From IMG/VR virus record IMGVR_UViG_3300020172_001485, positions 1 through 28,604 of that record: a stretch of 28,604 nt of DNA, one strand, 5' to 3'. Shown here piece after piece: positions 8,483 to 17,211 of this stretch (positions are counted from its first letter, which is position 1; each line of letters opens with the position of its first letter). The DNA comes from a virus. Its lineage: Duplodnaviria > Caudoviricetes. A model generated the notes under the pieces. That model saw nothing but the letters and a program-made list of their open reading frames with translations. It ran no database searches and had not been told where the DNA came from. The position numbers were made by a program, and so were the translations under genes.

Positions 8483-8597
8483 TAACTGTGGTGAGACTAA
8501 ACCATTAACTGTAGATTATTACCAACCCGTAAAGGCTTTTAGATATAACTTTAGTTATTATTGTAATACATGCAATAAACCAAAACCCAGAGAATAA
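8313..8597 (+). CDS. possible zinc-ribbon protein; start uncertain
   Basis: C-terminal CSNCGETKPL...YYCNTC; 5' part overlaps 8309..8482. Confidence 0.45.
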   Translation: MIWMTLNGPLLTSVQELTSSLRLNWAGRLILSLLTRKSKQNLRNLNEQKNNTVRTCSNCGETKPLTVDYYQPVKAFRYNFSYYCNTCNKPKPRE

Positions 8598-8614
8598 ATA
8601 TTGACTTATAAATA
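8594..8614 (+). promoter_or_regulatory. T4-type late promoters (tandem)
   Basis: ATAAATA 8594-8600 and perfect TATAAATA 8607-8614, ~30 nt upstream of the fibre gene. Confidence 0.75.
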
Positions 8615-8645
8615 TTCTAAACGCAAGTAATATTTTGGTATACTT

Positions 8646-9224
8646 ATGGCTACATTGACATCCGGTGGAATAAGATTTGCAAGTCTTCCAGTAGTAGATG
8701 AGTTAAATTCAAAGAGAGGAATTTTTCCTACTGGCACCGCTTGGGTTTTTTATCAGGCATCGGCACCTACTGGGTGGACTAAAAATACAAGTTTAACTGT
8801 TAATAACAAGGCACTTAGGGTAGTATCAGGAACTGGAGGAGTTTACGGGGGAACAAATGGGTTTTCAGTAATTATGAATGGATTCAATGTTGGTGGAGGA
8901 TCATTAACCAGTTCTAATGCTACCGGAGGAACCCAACTATCGGAACCACAAATTGTTTCTCACACACATCCTAATAGTGGCACTGGTTTGGCTGCAGTTC
9001 CAGCAATATTTAATCCTGATGGAGCCTTTACTGGATGGAATGGTGGTGATGTAGCTAGAAGTTCTGGTTGGACTAGAACTTCTCCTGGATTTGGAGCTGC
9101 TGGAACTGCTCCAGCTGGAGACGCACACTCACACCCCTTTAGTGGAACTGCACCAGTTCCAGCTCAATCTGTATCCATGGATCCCACATATGTGGATATT
9201 ATTGTCTGTACGTTCGATGGATAA
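8646..9224 (+). CDS. short tail-fibre/collar-tip-like virion protein, paralog A (192 aa)
   Basis: FPTGT..VFYQASAPTGW collar-like motif; Gly/Thr-rich; two HxH motifs (SHTH, AHSH); C-terminal YVDIIVC; late promoter. Confidence 0.75.
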   Translation: MATLTSGGIRFASLPVVDELNSKRGIFPTGTAWVFYQASAPTGWTKNTSLTVNNKALRVVSGTGGVYGGTNGFSVIMNGFNVGGGSLTSSNATGGTQLSEPQIVSHTHPNSGTGLAAVPAIFNPDGAFTGWNGGDVARSSGWTRTSPGFGAAGTAPAGDAHSHPFSGTAPVPAQSVSMDPTYVDIIVCTFDG

Positions 9225-9227
9225 ATA
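9221..9227 (+). promoter_or_regulatory. late promoter
   Basis: ATAAATA 35 nt upstream of ATG 9263. Confidence 0.65.
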
Positions 9228-9262
9228 CTTTCAAGTAATATCTGTAGTTTACATTATATAAA

Positions 9263-9784
9263 ATGGCTAAATTAACAGCGTCAGGAATAGTTTTCGGTGA
9301 CTCTACAATTTTAAATTCAAAGTACGGAATTGTTCCACAAAACTCAGTATCAATATTTTATCAAGCATCTGCTCCTACTGGGTGGACTAAAGATACTACA
9401 CATAATGATAAAACACTTAGAGTTGTTAATGGAACCGGCGGCGGTTCTGGGGGAACTTCACCATTTACTACAGTGTTTCCCAATGCTCTTCGAACATTCT
9501 CGTCTCCAAATATTCCTGTGACAGGAACTGTTGGTAACACAACATTGAGTACTCCTCAACTCCCAAGTCACACTCACCCTAATGGTGGTTCTGTTGGATT
9601 AACTCCAGGTGGAGGTGATGTTGCTTTTGGGGCTGGATGGACTAGAAGTACACCAGATACTGGTAGTGGGCCAACTGTTGGAGGGGGAGCTCATGCTCAC
9701 CCCTGGTCTGGCACAGCACAATGGTCTCTAGATGTAGATCTCAGAATTACGTACATAGATGTTATTCTTTGCAGTTTTGCTTAA
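9263..9784 (+). CDS. short tail-fibre/collar-tip-like virion protein, paralog B (173 aa)
   Basis: FYQASAPTGWTK, LPSHTH, AHAH, YIDVILC. Confidence 0.75.
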   Translation: MAKLTASGIVFGDSTILNSKYGIVPQNSVSIFYQASAPTGWTKDTTHNDKTLRVVNGTGGGSGGTSPFTTVFPNALRTFSSPNIPVTGTVGNTTLSTPQLPSHTHPNGGSVGLTPGGGDVAFGAGWTRSTPDTGSGPTVGGGAHAHPWSGTAQWSLDVDLRITYIDVILCSFA

Positions 9785-9818
9785 TTTGTGGTAGGATAGT
9801 AAAAATATTTTTGTTTAT

Positions 9819-10163
9819 ATGAAAAAAAACGAATCTGGGAATTTTTGTCCTCTTATCAAAAAAGATTGCGTAGAACATAAGTGTTCATGGTATACGCATG
9901 TAAGAGGTATGAATCCAAATACAGGACAAGATGTAGATCATTGGTCATGTGCTGTAACTTGGATGCCTATGTTAACAATTGAAAATTCTCAACAACAAAG
10001 ACAAACTGGTTCTGCAGTAGAATCATTTAGAAATGAAGTAGTGAAATCCAATGATGAGAATAGACAACTATATATTGATATGATTCAACAAAATGGTATT
10101 TTACCAGTAAATATAACTTCTTTGACAAGTACGCACACATTACCAGAAAATTCGGGAGAATAA
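9819..10163 (+). CDS. Cys-rich fibre-associated hypothetical protein (114 aa)
   Basis: CPLIKKDCVEHKC...C motif; position after the fibre genes. Confidence 0.7.
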   Translation: MKKNESGNFCPLIKKDCVEHKCSWYTHVRGMNPNTGQDVDHWSCAVTWMPMLTIENSQQQRQTGSAVESFRNEVVKSNDENRQLYIDMIQQNGILPVNITSLTSTHTLPENSGE

Positions 10164-10166
10164 ATC

Positions 10167-10676
10167 ATGAGATTATCGATCATTCCATCAGACGGTTCCG
10201 TTTATGTGGATGGATCTGGCTACATTAATATAGATCTGAGTTGGATCCCTGAGATTGATGGTAAGAAAATCCATGCAGTTCAATGGCTAGATGATGAGGG
10301 TGAAATTGAGTTTGTTGGCTCTGCACAGAATATGAAAATTAATGATCTGGGCATATTCGAACAAGCTATTAGTTTGTGGAATGAGAAAAAAGAAGAAGAA
10401 GAGGCTTTTCTAAAACGACAATTGGAATTAGAAGAGAGACGCAAAAGAGAAGAAGAAGAACGTCTTAAATCTCAATTCATTACTTTTGATGATTTTGATG
10501 AAGAATATGGACTAGACATTGAAGAGTTTACTGAACTTGATGAAAAACCATATATTCCCCCAACTCCTACACACATCCCACCAGTTGAACCACCCTTAGC
10601 ATATAAAGATACTACAGAAGAAGACGAAGACGAGGATCTATTCTACGATATTGAGGAACTTCTCAAAGAAATTTGA
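10167..10676 (+). CDS. putative tail-fibre-associated/chaperone-like protein with acidic, Pro-rich tail (169 aa)
   Basis: GGAG RBS; IHAVQW...GEIEF N-terminal domain; function inferred from context. Confidence 0.55.
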   Translation: MRLSIIPSDGSVYVDGSGYINIDLSWIPEIDGKKIHAVQWLDDEGEIEFVGSAQNMKINDLGIFEQAISLWNEKKEEEEAFLKRQLELEERRKREEEERLKSQFITFDDFDEEYGLDIEEFTELDEKPYIPPTPTHIPPVEPPLAYKDTTEEDEDEDLFYDIEELLKEI

Positions 10677-10697
10677 GTTTAAATTATTGAGTTTGAA

Positions 10698-11870
10698 ATG
10701 ATGAATCAAAAATTAATTGATAATAACTATATTGTCCTGTCAAATTTTATTTCAAAAGAAAGGGCTTTAAGTCTTTCTTCTGAATTTTTAAAACATTGCG
10801 AAGAAAACAATATAGAAGGAGATTCTCAGGCTCCAAATTCATATTCTGCGTACAATTATATACCATTTTTGGAATTACTCTGTGAAAAAACTACGGTAAT
10901 CTCTTCTGCAATTGGTGAAACAGTTTTACCTACCTATGCATATTCTAGGGTATATAAAAAAGGAAGTGAATTAAAAAAGCATGTAGATAGAGATGCTTGT
11001 GAGATATCATTAACTCTTCATCTACACGGAGATGTTACTTGGCCTATATGGATTGAAACTTCTTCTGGGGAAACTCGTTGTGTGCAATTGAATCCCGGAG
11101 ATGCTATGATCTATCTGGGAAAAATTGCTCCACATTGGAGAGAACCTTTCACTGGAGAATGGTATAGTCAAGTATTTTTGCATTATGTTAGAAGTCGTGG
11201 AGATTGTTCATACGCATATTTTGATAAACTCAATGAAACAACTAAACCCATAGTCAAAGAGCCTACTGTTGAGATAAAAAAAGAAGTACAAACAAGATCC
11301 CCCAAAAGTAAAAAATCTTTAGAAGATTATATTTTTACATTAGATAATGTTGTTCCAAATGAATTATGCGATAGGATTTTGAAAGAATATCGTGATTGTA
11401 GTTTCTGGACTCCAACTAGTGTAGGCAATGGAAACGTAAATGATCAGATTAGAAATTGTGATACGATTAATATTTCTGAGGACATAGTACTTCAGAAAAA
11501 TTTTGATGTTAGAAAAAAAATAGATGAAGATTTTTACGTTTGTGCTTCGAGAGCAATAAATGAGTACCGTAAATTATTTCCAGAAGTTGGATCAGAAATT
11601 GATACTGGATATGGATTACTAAGATATAAAGAAGGTCAGTTTTATATCCAACACACTGATTCATTTCAACAACAACAAAGATCGGTAAGTTGTTCTTTCC
11701 TTTTGAATGATGATTATGAAGGTGGTGAGTTTGCGTTTTTTGATAGAGAGATTGTGATAAGTGGGTCAAAAGGATCTATTGTAATGTTCCCCTCAAATTT
11801 CATGTTCCCTCATGAAATCATGCCTGTAACTTCTGGAACCAGATATTCAATCATTACCTGGTATGTCTAA
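10698..11870 (+). CDS. tandem double 2OG-Fe(II) oxygenase (C-terminal prolyl-4-hydroxylase-like domain)
   Basis: Domain 1: HVD...PHWRE; domain 2: HTD...DYEGGEF...PHEIMPVTSGTRYS. Confidence 0.9.
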   Translation: MMNQKLIDNNYIVLSNFISKERALSLSSEFLKHCEENNIEGDSQAPNSYSAYNYIPFLELLCEKTTVISSAIGETVLPTYAYSRVYKKGSELKKHVDRDACEISLTLHLHGDVTWPIWIETSSGETRCVQLNPGDAMIYLGKIAPHWREPFTGEWYSQVFLHYVRSRGDCSYAYFDKLNETTKPIVKEPTVEIKKEVQTRSPKSKKSLEDYIFTLDNVVPNELCDRILKEYRDCSFWTPTSVGNGNVNDQIRNCDTINISEDIVLQKNFDVRKKIDEDFYVCASRAINEYRKLFPEVGSEIDTGYGLLRYKEGQFYIQHTDSFQQQQRSVSCSFLLNDDYEGGEFAFFDREIVISGSKGSIVMFPSNFMFPHEIMPVTSGTRYSIITWYV

Positions 11871-12660
11871 TAAACTTGAAGGAATACCTAGTATATACTA
11901 TCTAAATTTAGATTCTGAATTAGATAGAAGAAAATACATGGAAAATCAATTTGAAAAGTGGAATCTTAATAATGTAACAAGATTTTCTGCATCACAGTAT
12001 CTTGCAGAAAATTATGATGATTGGAAAAATATTTTACATTTTTCTCACACGATCACCGAAAAGAAACATCAGTTAGCTGCTTCTATTACACTTTCTACTC
12101 TTGAAATGATTAGGTATTGGTTGGAAACGACCGACGAAAAATGTCTAATTTTATTTGAAGACGATTATGATCTAAACTTAATTCAATATTGGCACTTTGA
12201 TTGGAAGTATTTGATGAATAACATTCCTTATGATTGGGATTGTATTCAGTTGGGTTATGAGTCATCCCAATTTATTAAATTTTTTCTTCACCCTAAAGAT
12301 AATACGAGTGCATATGGGCCAATTTTAATTAATAGACATTTTGCTCAAAAATTAATTAATTTGCATTACATCAAAGAAAAGTACATGTTAATCAGAAAGT
12401 ATGGGAGCCATCCATACAACACTGGTCATCGAGTTGTTTCATTGGATAGTTTTATTTGTTTTTTAGGAAAGACATACCAACTTCCTCTCATAACTCAAAA
12501 TCCACACTTAGATAAAGTGCCAAAGAAACATCATTTTCTTTGTAGGGATATGTACTATGATTGGTGGCAGAATGGTAGCGATAAATTTTCACTGGAAGAT
12601 TTCTTTTCATATGGAAAAGAAAACGATTATCAAATGACAGTAAAAGTTGATTATCAATGA
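11863..12660 (+). CDS. GT25-like glycosyltransferase 1
   Basis: IYYLNLDSELDRRKYMENQF, ILFEDD, WDCIQL, INRHFAQKL. Confidence 0.8.
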   Translation: MSNKLEGIPSIYYLNLDSELDRRKYMENQFEKWNLNNVTRFSASQYLAENYDDWKNILHFSHTITEKKHQLAASITLSTLEMIRYWLETTDEKCLILFEDDYDLNLIQYWHFDWKYLMNNIPYDWDCIQLGYESSQFIKFFLHPKDNTSAYGPILINRHFAQKLINLHYIKEKYMLIRKYGSHPYNTGHRVVSLDSFICFLGKTYQLPLITQNPHLDKVPKKHHFLCRDMYYDWWQNGSDKFSLEDFFSYGKENDYQMTVKVDYQ

Positions 12661-13481
12661 CAATTAATCCTAAGTTGGAAGACTTACCTCCAATATATTA
12701 TTTTAACTTAGAACATAGGGTAGATCGTAGAGAATATATAGAAAAACAATTTTCTGAATATGGAATAACAAATTACCAAAGAGTTAATTCCTCTAGATAT
12801 TCAGTTAATAATTACAAAGAGTGGAAATCTAAAGTTTTAACCGATAAACTTAGAACAAAAGTATGGTTTCTTGCTACCCTAATTGATAGGATACATGGTA
12901 TAATTGACTGGTATGAATCTAATATCTCCGAAACTTGTCTCATGGTTGAAGATGATATTTGTTTAGATCCAGTTAAATATTGGAATTTTGATTGGAAAAC
13001 ATTTGTCAATAAGTTACCTTGTAACTGGGAGTGTGTTCAACTGCATATCATTGGAGAAAAATTTCTCAGGATGAATATATCGAATTGGAGTAGAAACAAC
13101 CACTCCACTGGTTGCATACTCATCAATAGATCATACGCACAGAAACTGATTAATCTTCATTGCATAGATAACCAGTTTAAATTATATTCTAATTATGGAT
13201 ACGATAAAAGTTGGCCAGAATATCATTATCAATCTGTAGATTTTGTTTTATATCAAATAGGGATAACATATTCAGTTCCTATTTTTACCACCAATTATAA
13301 TTTTATAAGTGATGGGTATAGGAACGGAAAGATAAATCATATGTCAAAAAAATGTGATACTCTAGTTTTGGATTGGTGGGAGAATAAGTCTGCAAACTAT
13401 ACTTTAGATGATATTTTTTACTTGAATTCATTTAGAAAAAAAGAATTAATTATAGAAGTGAATCATGAATTTGAAGGATAA
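12657..13481 (+). CDS. GT25-like glycosyltransferase 2
   Basis: IYYFNLEHRVDRR, MVEDD, WECVQL, INRSYAQKL. Confidence 0.8.
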   Translation: MTINPKLEDLPPIYYFNLEHRVDRREYIEKQFSEYGITNYQRVNSSRYSVNNYKEWKSKVLTDKLRTKVWFLATLIDRIHGIIDWYESNISETCLMVEDDICLDPVKYWNFDWKTFVNKLPCNWECVQLHIIGEKFLRMNISNWSRNNHSTGCILINRSYAQKLINLHCIDNQFKLYSNYGYDKSWPEYHYQSVDFVLYQIGITYSVPIFTTNYNFISDGYRNGKINHMSKKCDTLVLDWWENKSANYTLDDIFYLNSFRKKELIIEVNHEFEG

Positions 13482-14331
13482 GTTGCGAGGATTTCCTCCC
13501 ATCATTTTGGCGACAATTGATGAAAGGCTAGATAGACAAGAATATGCTGAGACTCAATATGATTATTGGGGAATAAAAAATTATACAAAAGTATCTGGAT
13601 CTAAGTATCAACTTTCGACGTATGAAGACTGGAAAGATTTGGTTATTCTAAATCCATTTGATGAAAGGTATCTGAGAAAAAATCACCATATTGCAGAAAT
13701 TTCCATAACTCTTGCTCATCTAATTAATATCAAAGATTGGTTGGAAAAAACTAATGATCCATATGTAATCATAATGGAAGATGATTATGATCTTAGTTTT
13801 ATTGAACACTGGCACTTTGATTGGGAATATTTAATGAACAGTCTGCCATATGATTGGGACTGCATACAGATGAGTTTCGAGAATGAAGAACTTATTCCAT
13901 GTTTTCTGCACCCAATTTTACCTAAACATGATAGTGGTGGTTCTTTAATTAATAGAAGATATGCAGAAAAAATTATAGATCTGCACTACAAAGATGGTAA
14001 ATTTGATCTTTCGCAAAAAATAGGTAATTATAAGTGGTCAAGTAAAGGAATTGAAACTTATGAAGGTCTTGGAATGCCAAATTTTACGACAGATTATTTT
14101 CTAGGACATAATGGAAAAACATACTGCATACCACTATTTTCGGTAAATCAAAATCTTGGTAGTTGGGCTCAAGATATTTGTAGAAAAGAAGAAAGAACTG
14201 ATTTGGAATTTTCTTATAGATCTTGTTTAAAGTGGTGGACAGAACTTAGAGATGAGTATTCTCTAAAAGAATTCTTTACTTATGGCAAGCCTAATGATAG
14301 AATAATAACACCAAGGGAGTTTGATAAATGA
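13465..14331 (+). CDS. GT25-like glycosyltransferase 3
   Basis: DERLDRQ, EISITLAH, IMEDD, WDCIQM, INRRYAEK. Confidence 0.8.
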   Translation: MNLKDKLRGFPPIILATIDERLDRQEYAETQYDYWGIKNYTKVSGSKYQLSTYEDWKDLVILNPFDERYLRKNHHIAEISITLAHLINIKDWLEKTNDPYVIIMEDDYDLSFIEHWHFDWEYLMNSLPYDWDCIQMSFENEELIPCFLHPILPKHDSGGSLINRRYAEKIIDLHYKDGKFDLSQKIGNYKWSSKGIETYEGLGMPNFTTDYFLGHNGKTYCIPLFSVNQNLGSWAQDICRKEERTDLEFSYRSCLKWWTELRDEYSLKEFFTYGKPNDRIITPREFDK

Positions 14332-15176
14332 ATTTAAATGATAAGTTAAAGGGACTCCCTCCTATTGCTTTATTAACTCTCGATGAAAGACCCGATAGAC
14401 AAAAATATACCGAAATTCAGTATGATTACTGGAACATAAAAGATTATACAAAAGTATCTGGATCCAAGTATCAATCCTCAACTTATGAGGATTGGAAACA
14501 TCTAGTTGTTTTAAATTCACTTGATGGACATGAGAAAAGAGATCGTCACCTCACAGATGTTAGTATTGCTCTTTCATATCTTTCGATAATAAAGAACTGG
14601 TTAGAGACCACCAATGACAAACATTTGATTTTAATGGAGGATGATTATGACCTATTCTTTATTGAATATTGGCATTTTGATTGGAATTATTTGATGAACA
14701 GTATCCCATATGATTGGGATTGTATTCAAATGAGTTTTGAAAACCCAGATCTAATTCCTTGTTTTCTGCATCCAATTTTACCTGCTCATGGTGTTGGAGC
14801 GTCTTTAATTAATAGGAGATACGCAGAAAAATTGATGTCTTTGCATTATAAAGATGGAAAGTTTGATCTATCTCAAAAAATTTCTAATTACAGGTGGTCT
14901 GAAATTGAAACGACAAATCCAAATTTCACCGTAGACTATTTTCTAGGACACAATGGAAAGACTTATTGTTTACCTTTAATCTCTATAAATCAAAAGTTTG
15001 GTAGTTATGCACAAGATATTTGTAGAAAGGATGAAAGGTTAGATTTACAGTTTTCATATAAAGCTTGTAAAAAATGGTGGACAGAACTTAGAGATCAATA
15101 TACTCTGGAAGAATTCTTTACTTATGGTAAACCAAATGATAGAATAATTACACCAGAGGAAATATCGAATGTTTGA
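14328..15176 (+). CDS. GT25-like glycosyltransferase 4 (close paralog of 3)
   Basis: LDERPDRQ, LMEDD, WDCIQM, FFTYGKPNDR. Confidence 0.8.
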   Translation: MNLNDKLKGLPPIALLTLDERPDRQKYTEIQYDYWNIKDYTKVSGSKYQSSTYEDWKHLVVLNSLDGHEKRDRHLTDVSIALSYLSIIKNWLETTNDKHLILMEDDYDLFFIEYWHFDWNYLMNSIPYDWDCIQMSFENPDLIPCFLHPILPAHGVGASLINRRYAEKLMSLHYKDGKFDLSQKISNYRWSEIETTNPNFTVDYFLGHNGKTYCLPLISINQKFGSYAQDICRKDERLDLQFSYKACKKWWTELRDQYTLEEFFTYGKPNDRIITPEEISNV

Positions 15177-15756
15177 ATATGTTGCCGAGTTTGAGTCTCA
15201 GATTGCAGAGTTTTTTGGTTCCCCTTATGCAGTTGCTACTGATTCGTGTACTCATGCATTAGAACTTTGTTTGAGACATACTGGATATAACAATATTACT
15301 ATTCCAACTAAAACATATGTCTCAGTTCCAATGACTTGTATGAAACTTGGTTTGAATTGGAATTGGAGAGAAGATGAGTGGTCTGATTATTACCACTTGG
15401 GAAACACTACGATTGTTGATGCTGCAGTTCTTTGGGGGAAAAATACATACCTACCAAATACTTTTATGTGTTTAAGTTTTCAGTTCAAAAAACATTTGAA
15501 TTTGGGGAGAGGTGGTGCTATCCTGTTGCAAAATAAGGATGATTATGATACACTCAAAAAAATGTCTTACGATGGTCGTGATCTCAGTCGTCCATGGGCC
15601 GAACAAGACATAGATACTATTGGGTATCATTATTATATGACTCCTGAGGTGGCCAAAATGGGAATTGAATTACTAAATGAGCGGAAAAAAACTCCCGGTA
15701 AAAAATGGAGCCACAGGGATTACCCAGACTTGAGAGAAATGACAGTGTTCAAATGA
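15169..15756 (+). CDS. miniaturised DegT/DnrJ/EryC1/StrS-family PLP-dependent aminotransferase (195 aa)
   Basis: FE..IAEF.G..YAVATDSCTHALEL, VDAA, SFQFKKHL..GRGG (PLP-lysine motif), GYHYYM. Confidence 0.85.
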   Translation: MFEYVAEFESQIAEFFGSPYAVATDSCTHALELCLRHTGYNNITIPTKTYVSVPMTCMKLGLNWNWREDEWSDYYHLGNTTIVDAAVLWGKNTYLPNTFMCLSFQFKKHLNLGRGGAILLQNKDDYDTLKKMSYDGRDLSRPWAEQDIDTIGYHYYMTPEVAKMGIELLNERKKTPGKKWSHRDYPDLREMTVFK

Positions 15757-16265
15757 TCAATCATATAAACCCTAACTGGGACATTAAGGATTTTTTTAAT
15801 CTTAACTACGAATTATCCACTCATAAAGATGTAGAATTGGTAAACCAATATCTAAGTTCTGGACATAGTAAAGAAAAACTGTCCATTTATAAGTATCAGT
15901 TACCAAATCCTATGCCAAAATGTGTAGATGAGTACATTATTCCACATTTTGACTTTTTAGATAAAGTGGGTTCTGCAGTTAATTACTTTAAACCTGGTCA
16001 ATATCTGCCTCTACATACAGATTTATTTGGAAAGTATGTCGAAATCAATAATATTGGTTCTGAAAATGTAATAAGATGTATGGTAATGTTGGAGGATAAT
16101 TCACCAGGTCAAATTTTACAAATTAAAGATACTGCATATTCTACGTGGAAAGCTGGAGATTGTTTTTATTGGGATTATGATGAAATACATGCCTTTTACA
16201 ATTTCAGTATGAAAGATAGATATGCAATTCAAATAACAGGGGTGAAAAATGAAAAGTCAGAATGA
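15753..16265 (+). CDS. 2OG-Fe(II)/cupin-fold oxygenase (Asp/Asn beta-hydroxylase-like; 170 aa)
   Basis: ATGA overlap places the start at 15753; PLHTD...IHAFYN...DRYAIQITG (HxD..H..R). Confidence 0.75.
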   Translation: MINHINPNWDIKDFFNLNYELSTHKDVELVNQYLSSGHSKEKLSIYKYQLPNPMPKCVDEYIIPHFDFLDKVGSAVNYFKPGQYLPLHTDLFGKYVEINNIGSENVIRCMVMLEDNSPGQILQIKDTAYSTWKAGDCFYWDYDEIHAFYNFSMKDRYAIQITGVKNEKSE

Positions 16266-17211
16266 ATGGGGTAAATTAAAAAAAGTAGTAGTGGGAGTTG
16301 CAGATTACGCAAGAGTTCCCGAAATAGACTTGAGTGTACGCACAATCAACTATGCAGATAGGGGAGATGTTTCGGATGTTCCTGTCGGTCTTTATCCCCA
16401 ACAAGTTATTGATGAAGCAAATGAAGATCTAGAAGTTTTTGTTAATTTTCTGCAACAGGAAAGTGTAGAAGTTGTAAGACCCGAAAGAACAACTACCGAG
16501 TATTATAACTTTTGTCCAAGAGATGTGATTTTTACCCATAAAGATCTCACTGTTGCAACTCCCATGCCATTAAAGTGTAGGAAAGATGCTTGGAGACCGC
16601 TAATTGATCTTTTAGATACTACTATCATTGTTCCATGCAAACACCAAGATGATCTTTATAATGAAAATTGTGTAGGTGATAAAGATACCCTCGCACTTAC
16701 TGAAGCAACATCTGCATTTGACGCTGCAAATGTAATTCGTGCAAATGACGATATTCTGTACTTGGTTTCTAACAGTGGAAATGTTGCAGGAGCTAATTTA
16801 CTTCAAGAAATGCTTCGGGATCGTGCTAAAGTTCATCTTCTTCAGGGTGTCTATAGTTACATGCACATAGATACTACAATTGCATTTCTTCGTGAAGGTT
16901 TGATGTTACTAAATCCTGAAAGAATCAAATCTATTGATGTTCTTCCAGAGCCTTTTAGAAATTGGGATGTTATTTGGTGTCCAGAACCTGTTGATATTGG
17001 ATATCATCCTGGATATAATCATGCTTCAGAATGGTTTAATATGAATCTTTTTAGTGTGAGTCCCAATTTAGTTGCTTTAGAGGAACATCAGGAACCAACT
17101 CGAAAAGAACTTGAAAAATATGGTATAGAATGTGCAATGCTTCCTATGAGACACTCTAGAACATTGAGTGGTTGTTTTCATTGTGTCACATTGGATCTTG
17201 AAAGAGAATAG
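16249..17211 (+). CDS. amidinotransferase (StrB1 / glycine amidinotransferase family)
   Basis: NEWGKLKKVVVG, CPRD, FDAAN, MHIDTT, GCFHCVTLDL; Asp-His-Cys triad intact. Confidence 0.92.
   Translation: MKSQNEWGKLKKVVVGVADYARVPEIDLSVRTINYADRGDVSDVPVGLYPQQVIDEANEDLEVFVNFLQQESVEVVRPERTTTEYYNFCPRDVIFTHKDLTVATPMPLKCRKDAWRPLIDLLDTTIIVPCKHQDDLYNENCVGDKDTLALTEATSAFDAANVIRANDDILYLVSNSGNVAGANLLQEMLRDRAKVHLLQGVYSYMHIDTTIAFLREGLMLLNPERIKSIDVLPEPFRNWDVIWCPEPVDIGYHPGYNHASEWFNMNLFSVSPNLVALEEHQEPTRKELEKYGIECAMLPMRHSRTLSGCFHCVTLDLERE

Noticed and set aside
9330-9521. Alternate-frame ORFs inside the fibre gene (and 25553..25756 inside thyX)
   Set aside because: Wholly internal to well-supported genes, with no independent signal
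9769-9797. Possible sigma70 promoter TTGCAG-17-TAGGAT ahead of the modification operon
   Set aside because: Two mismatches in each box in AT-rich DNA; too weak without TSS data
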